From positions 1 to 61,461 of IMG/VR virus record IMGVR_UViG_3300025759_000099: 61,461 nt of DNA. The stretch is one strand, 5' to 3'. This document shows, piece by piece, positions 1 to 8,839 of the stretch. The stretch is from a virus (Duplodnaviria > Caudoviricetes). The position numbers and the translations under genes are program-made. Position 1 is the stretch's first letter, and each line of letters starts with the position of its first letter. The notes under the pieces were generated by a model, which worked only from the letters and a program-made list of their open reading frames with translations, did not search any database and was not told the origin of the DNA.

Positions 1-135
1 GCTTACTTGCGGGGGGCTAACTTGTATGGGGCTTACTTGTGGGGGGCTGACTTGTATGGGGCTGACTTGCGGGGGGCTTACTTGCGGGGGGCTTACTTGT
101 ATGGGGCTGACTTGCAGGGGGCTAACTTGCAGGAG
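1..135 (+). repeat. 15-bp tandem repeat GCT-NAC-TTG-NNN-NNG, 9 units
   Basis: Directly visible, period 15. Confidence 0.95.
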
Positions 136-321
136 GCGAAACTACCGATAAATGTGGTAGACCTGAACAAGCCTGTACCGGAACACCTACAGAAACAGGT
201 AGCAACACTACTTGTAATGCACGCAGATCGTGAAGGTACTATCAAAGGGTTAGGCGAGTTCCTAAATAGGGAGCTTGTACTTGTATACACTAGTGGAGAT
301 GATGATGGCGATGACACCTGA
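1..321 (+). CDS. Pentapeptide-repeat protein, C-terminal part (5' part at 61201-61461; gene spans the contig break)
   Basis: A[DNY]L[RYWQ][GE] repeats in frame from base 1, then a unique tail; the same 15-bp repeat sits at the right end of the window. Confidence 0.85.
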   Translation, partial: AYLRGANLYGAYLWGADLYGADLRGAYLRGAYLYGADLQGANLQEAKLPINVVDLNKPVPEHLQKQVATLLVMHADREGTIKGLGEFLNRELVLVYTSGDDDGDDT

Positions 322-607
322 GAAAAAAGTTAAGCAAACAGTAACAAAGCACTTGAAAGAATACGGTAACGATGTATATTATTTCTTCCCTACTACCGGT
401 GGTTATGGGCGTAGTGGTGTGCCGGATATTGTAGGATGCTACAAGGGTAGATTCTTTGCTATTGAGTGTAAGGCTGCTAAGAATACTACAACTAAACTAC
501 AAGACTTAGAGATAGGTAAGATAAGACAAGCGGGCGCGACTGCTTGGATAGTCAACGAAGACAATGTTGACAGTATCCATACGGCATTGGCTAGTCTTAT
601 TAAATGA
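305..607 (+). CDS. VRR-NUC domain nuclease / Holliday junction resolvase-like
   Basis: TPEKKVK...GGYGRSGVPDIVGC...FFAIECKA...LQ motif; GGAG at 295-298 suggests a start at 302-311 rather than 275. Confidence 0.85.
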   Translation: MAMTPEKKVKQTVTKHLKEYGNDVYYFFPTTGGYGRSGVPDIVGCYKGRFFAIECKAAKNTTTKLQDLEIGKIRQAGATAWIVNEDNVDSIHTALASLIK

Positions 608-835
608 CTAACACCCGACCCAAGCGGGAGTCTTATGACAATGCCTTGGGGTAACCCCAGCGGGCGGTGGGTTGCTTCATGTAAAAACACCCGCAATGTA
701 CGACCATAAAGACTATGCTCCCAAAGTGAAGTCCTCCTAATGGGGCGTACATCGGAGAAGCCACGCTAAGGCTAGACCTTACGGATACGTAGACATCATT
801 GCCTACTCCTTGAGCAACACGTATCTGTAAGGCAC
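606..835 (+). ncRNA. Putative multi-hairpin antisense/regulatory RNA displaying anti-Shine-Dalgarno sequences
   Basis: About 250-nt gap between genes in a gene-dense arm; stems 647-659, 696-707/740-752 and 777-790/819-832 (14 bp, one G-U); internal segments carry TATGCTCC, GTCCTCCTAA and CATCATTGCCTACTCCTT. Confidence 0.6.
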
Positions 836-855
836 TAATTTATTTTAAGGAGAAG

Positions 856-993
856 ATGATGAGTGGTAGAGACCCAGTAGATGTAGCAGAACAGCAACGT
901 GATTACGATGAGACGCACGGCACGCCGGAGCAGAGAGCCGAGGATGAATACGAACGTGCTTTATATATAGCTGATATGGAAAGAGGAGCATAA
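856..993 (+). CDS. Small acidic hypothetical protein (45 aa, not in ORF track)
   Basis: AAGGAG RBS at 847; MMSGRDPVDVAEQQRDYDETHG...ERGA stop at 991-993. Confidence 0.7.
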   Translation: MMSGRDPVDVAEQQRDYDETHGTPEQRAEDEYERALYIADMERGA

Positions 994-996
994 ACC

Positions 997-1212
997 ATGT
1001 ATGAAATAGAGAAGAACATAAAACCTGTACCTGATTTGTGGGAAAGGTTAGCGAGAAATATGGAGAGTGGAGATTCGGTTTTAGTAGCAGACAGAATAGA
1101 AGCTCATGCTTTGCAAGATGCGTTGATGAAGGAACAGTTTACAGACACGCTTATACGTAAACACGAACACGGCTTTAGAGTATGGGGGTTCTTAGATGTT
1201 GATAGCTTGTGA
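997..1212 (+). CDS. Hypothetical protein
   Basis: GAGGAG RBS; ends GFRVW, like the GVRVWR ending of 12652-12873. Confidence 0.75.
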   Translation: MYEIEKNIKPVPDLWERLARNMESGDSVLVADRIEAHALQDALMKEQFTDTLIRKHEHGFRVWGFLDVDSL

Positions 1213-1735
1213 TGCAGAAACGTATTTACGTTATATAGAGGACGACCCTGTACGCCCCGATTTGTTTGAGGATAACCGCGTACGTTTTGAAGGTAACTTC
1301 CATGTATTTGCGGATGTAGATATAAATGAGGAAACTGGAGAGGAGATAGTTAACGCTATCTTGTGCGCAGTAATAACCCCCTTTGTATTACGGCAAGAAG
1401 CCGACTTACAAGAGATAGTAACAGAATCAGGTACGGTAAATGAATTCCAAGAAGCGCTTTCGGAAATTGCCGGAGAGGATGGTTTAGCTTCTATACTCAC
1501 ACCTTACAGTTTATGGTCATATAAAAAAGGCGCAGGTAAAAGACTTATAAACACGTTATTGACTACTGTACCTATACAGTTTCCCGAGGTTACCCACGTT
1601 ATTACTATGAGTCCTCCGACTAGAATGGCGATGAACTTCCATATCAGTAACGGTGCTGTGCTTCTTAGCCCTAACGTTGAAACAATAAACTATGAGTATA
1701 GGCTGGAGGATTCCGAGGATGTCATACTTCACTAA
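1196..1735 (+). CDS. GNAT-fold-like conserved phage protein
   Basis: DDPVRP...YSLWSYKKGAGKRLI...TMSPPTRMAMNFHISNGA; KGAG resembles the acetyl-CoA-binding motif A. Confidence 0.55.
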   Translation: MLIACDAETYLRYIEDDPVRPDLFEDNRVRFEGNFHVFADVDINEETGEEIVNAILCAVITPFVLRQEADLQEIVTESGTVNEFQEALSEIAGEDGLASILTPYSLWSYKKGAGKRLINTLLTTVPIQFPEVTHVITMSPPTRMAMNFHISNGAVLLSPNVETINYEYRLEDSEDVILH

Positions 1736-1910
1736 CCCAGAGTACGCTATAGAAGAAGCAGAGTATTTAGCTAACTTACACAAAGAACCGTTTGCGGTGG
1801 TAGACAGCGGAGACTTTGCTTACTTTGTCATGGACGCAAAAACTGCAAAAGAGTCCCTAACCAACATATTTGAAGTTGTTAATCCTTCTGACGAGGGAGA
1901 AGATGTATGA
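1719..1910 (+). CDS. Hypothetical protein
   Basis: GGAGG at 1705 then MSYFTNPEY; overlaps neighbours in an operon-like way. Confidence 0.7.
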   Translation: MSYFTNPEYAIEEAEYLANLHKEPFAVVDSGDFAYFVMDAKTAKESLTNIFEVVNPSDEGEDV

Positions 1911-2092
1911 CAGATACACTAAAGAAAATAAGTTGCCATTGTGGACACACGCAAGACCAAGTAATTAACGCGATTACAAGTACAAGAGTTGGGTGGTATT
2001 GCGGAAAGTGTAGGGCTTTCACAAAAGCTATAGGTAGAGAAAAGGTTTGGAGACCGTACAATGAAAACAAGGATACACATAAACCAACATAA
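1907..2092 (+). CDS. Small Zn-ribbon protein
   Basis: CHCG...WYCGKC; ATGA overlap with the previous gene. Confidence 0.7.
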   Translation: MTDTLKKISCHCGHTQDQVINAITSTRVGWYCGKCRAFTKAIGREKVWRPYNENKDTHKPT

Positions 2093-2276
2093 TATCCGCA
2101 AGAACAATAAGGGTGCTGACCTACCAGTAATAACAGTAAAGACGTATAAGGACAACACGTATTGCAACGAGGTCGAGTTTAAAAGCGGTAAAGTTGTGTA
2201 CTCACCAGATAAACCATTGTCCTGCGGTGCAAAAGTTTGGATAGAAACCGAAGAAGAAGTAACCATAATAAGATAG
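2061..2276 (+). CDS. Conserved phage hypothetical protein
   Basis: IHINQHNIRKN...PVITVK...YSPDKPLSCGAKVWIETE, a family I recognise from other phages. Confidence 0.75.
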   Translation: MKTRIHINQHNIRKNNKGADLPVITVKTYKDNTYCNEVEFKSGKVVYSPDKPLSCGAKVWIETEEEVTIIR

Positions 2277-2285
2277 GAGCAGACT

Positions 2286-2660
2286 ATGAGAGTAATATTT
2301 AGATTTAAACCTGATGATGAAAAAGCGTGGGTTGGTTTTACTGAAGGGAGTACATGGAGGGAAATATTCTGGAATATTGACGAGTTTGGTGACCCATTCG
2401 AAGCTAACGTAATAAAACTACCACATAAATATCATATGGGTTTCTGTATACCGTTTACTAATGACGAGAGCGAGGGATGGGATTCTGTAGCAGAAGATAG
2501 GGAAGTAACTGATATGTTCTATGCGGCAATACCTGATATAGATAGCCCAGAATGGGAAACTAAAGAATCTAAAGAGTGGAGAAAATATATTGTCGATGCC
2601 GCTAGTAACATATTTTTAGAGGAGGGAGTTAGTGGGGTTTATAGTGAATTCTACGATTAA
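2286..2660 (+). CDS. Hypothetical protein
   Basis: AGGAG RBS, 124-aa ORF. Confidence 0.7.
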   Translation: MRVIFRFKPDDEKAWVGFTEGSTWREIFWNIDEFGDPFEANVIKLPHKYHMGFCIPFTNDESEGWDSVAEDREVTDMFYAAIPDIDSPEWETKESKEWRKYIVDAASNIFLEEGVSGVYSEFYD

Positions 2661-2835
2661 AGAGATTATTTTTACAACACTACATGTAGTTGCACTGGGT
2701 ACTGCAATAGCAGTAGGTATTCAAACGCTAGATTATTTAGAGGTAGCTATGGTATCGGAAGATGCACGAACACGTTATTACAACGACTTGAAGTTGGTAT
2801 GTTCACAATACAAAGCGGCGGAGGTTAACCGATAA
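2632..2835 (+). CDS. Small putative membrane protein
   Basis: Hydrophobic IIFTTLHVVALGTAIAVGI; stop overlaps the polymerase start. Confidence 0.6.
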   Translation: MGFIVNSTIKEIIFTTLHVVALGTAIAVGIQTLDYLEVAMVSEDARTRYYNDLKLVCSQYKAAEVNR

Positions 2836-4709
2836 TGGACATAATAACTCTGGACTTTGAAACCTATTACGATAAACAGTTTTCTCTATCTAAGATGACA
2901 ACGGAAGAGTACATACGCAGTCCCGAGTTTCAAGTAATTGGGGTAGGTATAAAAGTAAATGACGACGAAACTGCTTGGTTAAGTGGAGGGTTCAATGCGC
3001 TCAAAACCTATATGCAAGATAACTACGATTGGGAGAACTCTGCGGTTCTGGCTCACAATACTATGTTCGATGGTGCTATTCTCTCTTGGCTTTTTGATAT
3101 ACATCCTAAGCTATGGCTTGATACTTTGTGTATGGCTAGGGCTTTACACGGGGTCGAAGTGTCGGGGTCACTTAAACGAGTTGCTGAAATGTACGCGATT
3201 GGGGAGAAAGGTGATGAGGTACTTAACGCGTTAGGTAAGAAGCTCGAAGACTTCAGTGAAGAAGAACTATCTAGATACGGTGACTACTGCATAAACGATG
3301 TAGAGCTTACCCACAAGTTGTTCAATATATTTATGGGTAAAGGGTTCCCGAAGAAAGAACTTAAAGTTATAGACATGACCTTAAGGATGTTTGTAGACCC
3401 CACACTAGAGTTAAACTTAGATAAGTTAGAGGAACATCTTGACCTACTACAACAGGAGAAGGATACCCTCCTTCAAGAGTGTGGTATCGAAAAAGAAGAA
3501 CTAATGTCTAACAATAAGTTTGCCGAAGCCCTACGCAAGTTGAGGGTAGAACCCCCTATGAAAACCAGTCTACGTACGGGCAAAGAAGCCTACGCTTTCG
3601 CCAAAAGCGATGAGGCGTTTAAAGCCCTACAAGAACATGAAGACCCTAAAGTACAGGCATTAGTTGCCGCACGTATAGGTCTAAAGAGTACACTTGAAGA
3701 AACACGTACTGAAAGGTTTATAGGTATCGGGACTAGAGGTGCGTTACCTGTACCTATTAGGTATTACGCGGCTCACACTGGTAGGTGGGGTGGCTCCGAT
3801 AAGGTTAACCTACAAAACCTACCATCCCGGGGGGATAACGCAAAGGTACTAAAATCCTGCATTACTGCACCTGAAGGATATACCTTAGTGGAGTCCGACT
3901 CAGCACAGATCGAAGCCCGAGTATTAGCGTGGCTTGCCGAAGAGCGGGTACTGGTATCAGCTTTTGAGCGTGGCGAAGATGTATACAAAAAGATGGCGGC
4001 TGCCATCTATGGTAAGAAGGAGGAACTTGTTTCTCCAGAAGAAAGGTTCATCGGTAAAACCACAATACTCGGTGCTGGCTACGGTATGGGTGCGGTAAGG
4101 TTCCGTGAGCAGTTGAGGACGTTCGGGGTCGATGTAAGTGAAGAAGAGTGCAAAAGAATTATAAGAGTGTACAGAGAAACAAATGGTTCTATCACTGCAT
4201 TGTGGAGACAGGCGCAAAGTGCATTATCTAATATGTACCAAGGCGAGAATACGGTAATAGGTAAAAAGGGTGTGTTAGGCGTAGTACACCAAGAAAACGC
4301 AATACGGTTACCATCCGGTTTACTAATGCGGTATGAAGACCTTAAAGCTAAAGAGGGCGAGAAAGGATTACAGTTTTCTTACAAGACCCGTCGAGGTCGA
4401 GTCAACATCTATGGTGGTAAGGTTACCGAGAATGTTTGTCAAGGTATCGCTAGATGCGTTATGGCAGAACAAATGCTACGTATTTCAAAAAGATATAGAG
4501 TCCTACTGACAGTACACGATTCTGTGATATGCTGTGTAAGGGACTCAGAAGTAGACGAAGCATCCGCTTATGTCGCTGAGTGCATGCGTTACGTACCAGA
4601 ATGGGCAGAAGGACTCCCCGTTCGTGGAGACGTGGAAGTAGGTAAAGACTATGGGAACTGTAAAGCATGGGAATCGACACAAAGCCAGCTTGGTCATTCA
4701 GTAGTATAA
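2835..4709 (+). CDS. polA: DNA polymerase family A with 3'-5' exonuclease domain
   Basis: Exo I LDFETY, exo II AHNTMFD, exo III YCINDV; HTGRWGG, NLQNLP, motif A DSAQIEAR, motif B GKTTILGAGYG, motif C TVHDS. Confidence 0.95.
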   Translation: MDIITLDFETYYDKQFSLSKMTTEEYIRSPEFQVIGVGIKVNDDETAWLSGGFNALKTYMQDNYDWENSAVLAHNTMFDGAILSWLFDIHPKLWLDTLCMARALHGVEVSGSLKRVAEMYAIGEKGDEVLNALGKKLEDFSEEELSRYGDYCINDVELTHKLFNIFMGKGFPKKELKVIDMTLRMFVDPTLELNLDKLEEHLDLLQQEKDTLLQECGIEKEELMSNNKFAEALRKLRVEPPMKTSLRTGKEAYAFAKSDEAFKALQEHEDPKVQALVAARIGLKSTLEETRTERFIGIGTRGALPVPIRYYAAHTGRWGGSDKVNLQNLPSRGDNAKVLKSCITAPEGYTLVESDSAQIEARVLAWLAEERVLVSAFERGEDVYKKMAAAIYGKKEELVSPEERFIGKTTILGAGYGMGAVRFREQLRTFGVDVSEEECKRIIRVYRETNGSITALWRQAQSALSNMYQGENTVIGKKGVLGVVHQENAIRLPSGLLMRYEDLKAKEGEKGLQFSYKTRRGRVNIYGGKVTENVCQGIARCVMAEQMLRISKRYRVLLTVHDSVICCVRDSEVDEASAYVAECMRYVPEWAEGLPVRGDVEVGKDYGNCKAWESTQSQLGHSVV

Positions 4710-5353
4710 AAACGTTTGACCAATGCCCAAAGAAATACTACCACTTAAAAGTTGCAAAAGATTACAAAGAAGATTTTAACACTGACGCTATTCTATATGG
4801 TAACGAGTTTCACACTGCCGCCGAGTTATATATAAGAGGTGATGTGGAGGAGTTAGACCCTAGGTTCGACTACGCTAAAAGCGCGTTAGATAAACTTAAG
4901 GGTATGAAAGGTGAGAAGTTGTGTGAACACAGGATGGGGCTTACTTCTAATCTCGATCCTTGCAATTTTTTCGATGGCAACGTGTGGTTCAGAGGTGTTG
5001 TTGATTTAGCTATACTAGATAGGGAAACGGGTGTAGCTAAAGTCATAGACTATAAAACTGGTAAGTCTGCTAAGTACGCAGACAAAGGGCAGTTAGAGTT
5101 GATGGCATTGGCTATATTTAAACACTTCCCAGAGATACATACAGTCAGGGGTGGGTTGTTGTTTGTAGTATGTAACGCGTTCATAAAAGAGACATACGAG
5201 ATAAAACAAGAGTCCGAACTTTGGCGTAAATGGTTGACCGAATACGGTAAAATAGAGAAAGCATACGAAAATAATGTATGGAATCCACGTCCTACTGGGT
5301 TATGTAGGGCGCATTGCATAATCTTAGAGTGCCCTCACAATGGTAGGCGATAA
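4667..5353 (+). CDS. PD-(D/E)XK exonuclease, Cas4/RecB-like
   Basis: WSFSSIKTFDQCPK, RGVVDL, IDYKTGK, QLELMA, C-terminal C..C....C. Confidence 0.85.
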   Translation: MGIDTKPAWSFSSIKTFDQCPKKYYHLKVAKDYKEDFNTDAILYGNEFHTAAELYIRGDVEELDPRFDYAKSALDKLKGMKGEKLCEHRMGLTSNLDPCNFFDGNVWFRGVVDLAILDRETGVAKVIDYKTGKSAKYADKGQLELMALAIFKHFPEIHTVRGGLLFVVCNAFIKETYEIKQESELWRKWLTEYGKIEKAYENNVWNPRPTGLCRAHCIILECPHNGRR

Positions 5354-5867
5354 TAAACCAAAGCGTAAAAAGTGTAGGGAATGTAAAAACTTGTTCCCTT
5401 TAGCTAACTTCCCAGAAGATAGAGTTATATGCAATATATGTACGCAAGCTAAACGTAAGATAGCAACGTCAAAAGGTTACATCCCCTATATAAAAAGGGT
5501 GTACTCTCAAATGAAGTATACGCATACAAATAGGAAAAGTAACAAAGGGCATATAAAAGCGGAGTTTAATATAACCGTAGAAGATTTGGTTAAAGTGTGG
5601 GAGAGACAGGAAGGTAGATGTGCACTGTCTGGTATAGTACTTACTCATCATGTTGATGGGAGTGGTAAAAAAGACTTTAACGCTAGTATAGATAGGATAA
5701 TCCCGCACGATCCGTACAATCAAAACAACGTGCAGTTGGTAGCGTATAGAGTAAACATTATGAAACACGAGCTTACAGAAGATTTGTTTTATTGGTGGAT
5801 ACGAACTATCCACGATAATATGAAATTTAGAGTGGAGAACAACGATGCCTTACAAGAACAAAGCTGA
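5340..5867 (+). CDS. HNH-type endonuclease with N-terminal Zn finger (possible homing endonuclease)
   Basis: CxxC...CxxC; QEGRCALSG...SIDRI...YNQNNVQLV...VN. Confidence 0.7.
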   Translation: MVGDNKPKRKKCRECKNLFPLANFPEDRVICNICTQAKRKIATSKGYIPYIKRVYSQMKYTHTNRKSNKGHIKAEFNITVEDLVKVWERQEGRCALSGIVLTHHVDGSGKKDFNASIDRIIPHDPYNQNNVQLVAYRVNIMKHELTEDLFYWWIRTIHDNMKFRVENNDALQEQS

Positions 5868-6126
5868 TAGACCTAAACAAAAAAACAAACCCGTAGGGAG
5901 TAGAGAATTTGAAGCCCGTATGGAACGCCAGCGTGCTAGACGCGCAGTAGATAAGAAGGGTGTAGACAAGAACAAGAACGGCAAGGCTGACAAACGCGAA
6001 GGTAAAGACATCAGCCACAAGAAAGCCTTGAGTAAAGGTGGAAGTAACAAAAACGGGTACACAATAGAAAGTAGTAGTAAGAATCGCGCAAGAAACTATA
6101 AGAAAAGAAAAACTACTAAAAAGTAG
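5845..6126 (+). CDS. Small HNH/His-Me finger protein
   Basis: GKDISHKKALSKGGSN...KNRARN. Confidence 0.7.
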   Translation: MPYKNKADRPKQKNKPVGSREFEARMERQRARRAVDKKGVDKNKNGKADKREGKDISHKKALSKGGSNKNGYTIESSSKNRARNYKKRKTTKK

Positions 6127-6138
6127 TGTAGAGAGAGA

Positions 6139-6552
6139 ATGATGATATATGAAACGGAAGCTGATCGTGCAAACGAATCAGGGGTTTTCGGCACTATAAC
6201 TAAAAAGTATAAGTGTACGGTAGAAAGGTGTGAGCAATTGTCTTACGCGGATGGGTATTTACTATATGGAGACGGTTCCCGTGGGGCACTTGTCGAGGTA
6301 AAGAAACGTAATAATCCCCACAACCGGTACCCCACTTACATGTTAAGTGCTAACAAGCACCGTAATCTTATCGACATATCTACCCCGCAAAACATACCGG
6401 CACTACTGTTTGTAGGGTTTACCGACGGTGTTTATGCGACAAAACTAAAACCCGAATACCCCACTGGAAAAGGTGGTAGGTATGACAGGAATAACCCGTA
6501 CGATGTAGAGACTTGTGTCTACATCCCTTTAGAAGAGTTTAAACAGATATGA
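6139..6552 (+). CDS. PD-(D/E)XK-family nuclease-like protein
   Basis: YADGYL...LVEVKKR, RYDRNNPYDVE. Confidence 0.6.
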   Translation: MMIYETEADRANESGVFGTITKKYKCTVERCEQLSYADGYLLYGDGSRGALVEVKKRNNPHNRYPTYMLSANKHRNLIDISTPQNIPALLFVGFTDGVYATKLKPEYPTGKGGRYDRNNPYDVETCVYIPLEEFKQI

Positions 6553-8090
6553 GAGTAGTAGATAACAGAGGTTTACTTCTGAGGGTACGTGACCCTAACA
6601 AAATCACAACCGCTATACCCAACAGTAAGAATCTAGGCGATAACAACGTCCTTGTTAAGTGGGGTGTAGATGAGTCCCGAGTACTGCGGAATTTAAATGT
6701 ACGCGACGTACCATCACCAATATTGGGTAAGTATGACTGGGCTGGTAAATATGAGCCGTTCGACCATCAGAAAACAACCGCTTCCTTCTTAACGATGAAC
6801 CGTAGAGCGTTCTGCTTTAATGAGCAGGGCACTGGTAAAACAGGTTCAGCTATCTGGGCATCTGACTTTTTAATAAAAGAGAAGTTAATACGCAGAGTAC
6901 TTGTTATATGCCCACTATCTATTATGGATTCGGCATGGCGTAACGACTTATTTAACTTCGCTATGCACCGCTCAGTAGACATAGCCTATGGTGCCCGTAA
7001 GAAACGAGCCGAAATAATTAGTGGCGGTGCTGAATATGTAATCATTAACTATGATGGTGTTGAGATAGTACGGGAAGAAATAATAAATGGTGGGTTCGAT
7101 TTAATAATTGTCGATGAGGCTAATCATTATAAGAACGCGCAATCCAAACGTTGGAAGACTTTAAACGCTATCCTAACTCCTGATACGTGGTTATGGATGA
7201 TGACGGGTACACCGGCTGCGCAATCCCCCGTAGACGCATTTGGTATAGCCAAGTTGGTAAACCCAAAATCAGTGCCGAGATTCTTTGGGGCTTTCCGTGA
7301 GATGGTTATGTACAAAGTGACTAACTTTAAATGGGCACCCAAAGCTAATGCCACAGACATAGTGTTTAATTGCCTACAACCTGCAATACGTTTTACTAAA
7401 GAGCAATGCTTAGACCTACCCGAAATGACATACTCAAAGCGGGAAATAGAATTAAGTCCTCAACAAAAGAAATACTATAAAGAGTTGAAGAATGAAATGG
7501 TATCCGTCGCGGCTGGGGAGCAGATAACCGCAGTTAACGCGGCTGTTAACATGAACAAACTATTACAGATTTCCTGTGGTGCTGTGTATACGGATACAGG
7601 GGAGACAGTAGAGTTTGATATAAAGAACCGATACAAGGTACTGAAAGAAGTAATCGACGAGTCCAGTCAGAAAGTACTTATATTTGTACCGTTTAGGCAC
7701 GTTATAGATATATTAGCCGACAAGCTAAACAAAGACGGGGTATCTAACGCAATCATCCGAGGGGATGTATCTGCTGGAAAACGTACTGAGATATTTAAAA
7801 AGTTTCAAGACACTGAAGACCCTCAAGTGCTAATCATACAACCACAATCAGCGTCGCATGGTGTAACGCTCACTGCCGCAAATACTATCGTATGGTGGGG
7901 GCCAACATCTTCATTAGAAACATACGCACAGGCTAACGCTAGGGTTCACCGTTCGGGACAGAAACATCCATGTACTGTAATTCAATTACAAGGATCGGCA
8001 GTAGAGAAACGGATATACGCTCTTCTTGATGGAAGAATAGACGTACATTCAAAAATGATAGATTTATATAACGATATACTTGAAATATAA
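6549..8090 (+). CDS. SNF2-family (SF2) helicase
   Basis: EQGTGKT, IVDEAN, MTGTP, HGVTLT, QANARVHRSGQ. Confidence 0.93.
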   Translation: MRVVDNRGLLLRVRDPNKITTAIPNSKNLGDNNVLVKWGVDESRVLRNLNVRDVPSPILGKYDWAGKYEPFDHQKTTASFLTMNRRAFCFNEQGTGKTGSAIWASDFLIKEKLIRRVLVICPLSIMDSAWRNDLFNFAMHRSVDIAYGARKKRAEIISGGAEYVIINYDGVEIVREEIINGGFDLIIVDEANHYKNAQSKRWKTLNAILTPDTWLWMMTGTPAAQSPVDAFGIAKLVNPKSVPRFFGAFREMVMYKVTNFKWAPKANATDIVFNCLQPAIRFTKEQCLDLPEMTYSKREIELSPQQKKYYKELKNEMVSVAAGEQITAVNAAVNMNKLLQISCGAVYTDTGETVEFDIKNRYKVLKEVIDESSQKVLIFVPFRHVIDILADKLNKDGVSNAIIRGDVSAGKRTEIFKKFQDTEDPQVLIIQPQSASHGVTLTAANTIVWWGPTSSLETYAQANARVHRSGQKHPCTVIQLQGSAVEKRIYALLDGRIDVHSKMIDLYNDILEI

Positions 8091-8108
8091 ACTAAACTGC
8101 ACTATATT
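8080..8108 (+). promoter_or_regulatory. Putative sigma70 promoter TTGAAA-17-TATATT
   Basis: Consensus-like hexamers at the helicase 3' end; shares AAACTGCACTATA with the promoter at 57591. Confidence 0.5.
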
Positions 8109-8150
8109 ACAAAAAACATAAACAAACCAATAATACCAAGGAGTGATGAT

Positions 8151-8552
8151 ATGTCTGATACTAAACCAGACTTAAATAAACTTGTCTCCGTGTACCTAAA
8201 GATACGGGATAAGAAAGCTGAAATAACCGGTGAACTCAATAGCAAGATAGAGGAACTGGACACCAAATTAAAACTTATAAGTAGTGCCCTGCTAGAACAC
8301 TGTAAGGAAGGTAATGTCGAATCCGTCCGTACAGAAGCTGGCACCTTCTACCGCTCGACCAGAACTAAGTACTGGACTGGTGACTGGGAGGCTATGAGTA
8401 AGTTTATAGTCAAACATGACGCCGTTGACCTAATGGAAAAACGTCTCCATCAGGGTAACATGCGCACATTTTTAGAAGAAAATCCCGAAGTGCTACCGCC
8501 GGGGTTAAACGTGGATAGCGAATACACTGTAACCGTAAGGAGAAAAAAATGA
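8151..8552 (+). CDS. Conserved coiled-coil phage replication-module protein
   Basis: YLKIRD...SVRTEAGT...DW...LMEKRLHQ...PPGLN; AAGGAG RBS. Confidence 0.8.
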   Translation: MSDTKPDLNKLVSVYLKIRDKKAEITGELNSKIEELDTKLKLISSALLEHCKEGNVESVRTEAGTFYRSTRTKYWTGDWEAMSKFIVKHDAVDLMEKRLHQGNMRTFLEENPEVLPPGLNVDSEYTVTVRRKK

Positions 8553-8839
8553 ACGACGCCTATGTACCTATAGACGACTTAGCAAAACACCTTTGTGTGA
8601 AGGTCAGTACCGTAAGATCGTGGGTTCAGAAACGATATATTCCAGAGAACACCTACATAAAGGTTGGGAGTACATACCGTTTCAACATACCTGCTGTAGT
8701 AGCTGGCCTGAAAGGGGAAAAAGTTGAGAACTCAATCAGTGACGATATTAAAGATATAGTAGATGAGTTTGAAGATGCCGTAACAGAACCATTAACAGAA
8801 CAACTAAACTTTGACTTTGATGAGGATGATGACCTATGA
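8549..8839 (+). CDS. Excisionase/MerR-like helix-turn-helix DNA-binding protein
   Basis: IDDLAKHLCVKVSTVRSWV...IKVGSTYRF, acidic tail. Confidence 0.75.
   Translation: MNDAYVPIDDLAKHLCVKVSTVRSWVQKRYIPENTYIKVGSTYRFNIPAVVAGLKGEKVENSISDDIKDIVDEFEDAVTEPLTEQLNFDFDEDDDL

Noticed and set aside
1-135. Direct terminal repeats of the genome
   Set aside because: The similarity of the two ends is an intragenic minisatellite where the assembly broke; the ends do not overlap in register.
606-835. tRNA gene or the minus-strand ORF 439-696
   Set aside because: No TTCG T-loop or cloverleaf with CCA; the ORF is antisense to VRR-NUC and lacks recognisable features.
8549-8839. Integration/excision module or prophage boundary
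   Set aside because: HTH only; no tyrosine or serine recombinase, att site or host genes seen.
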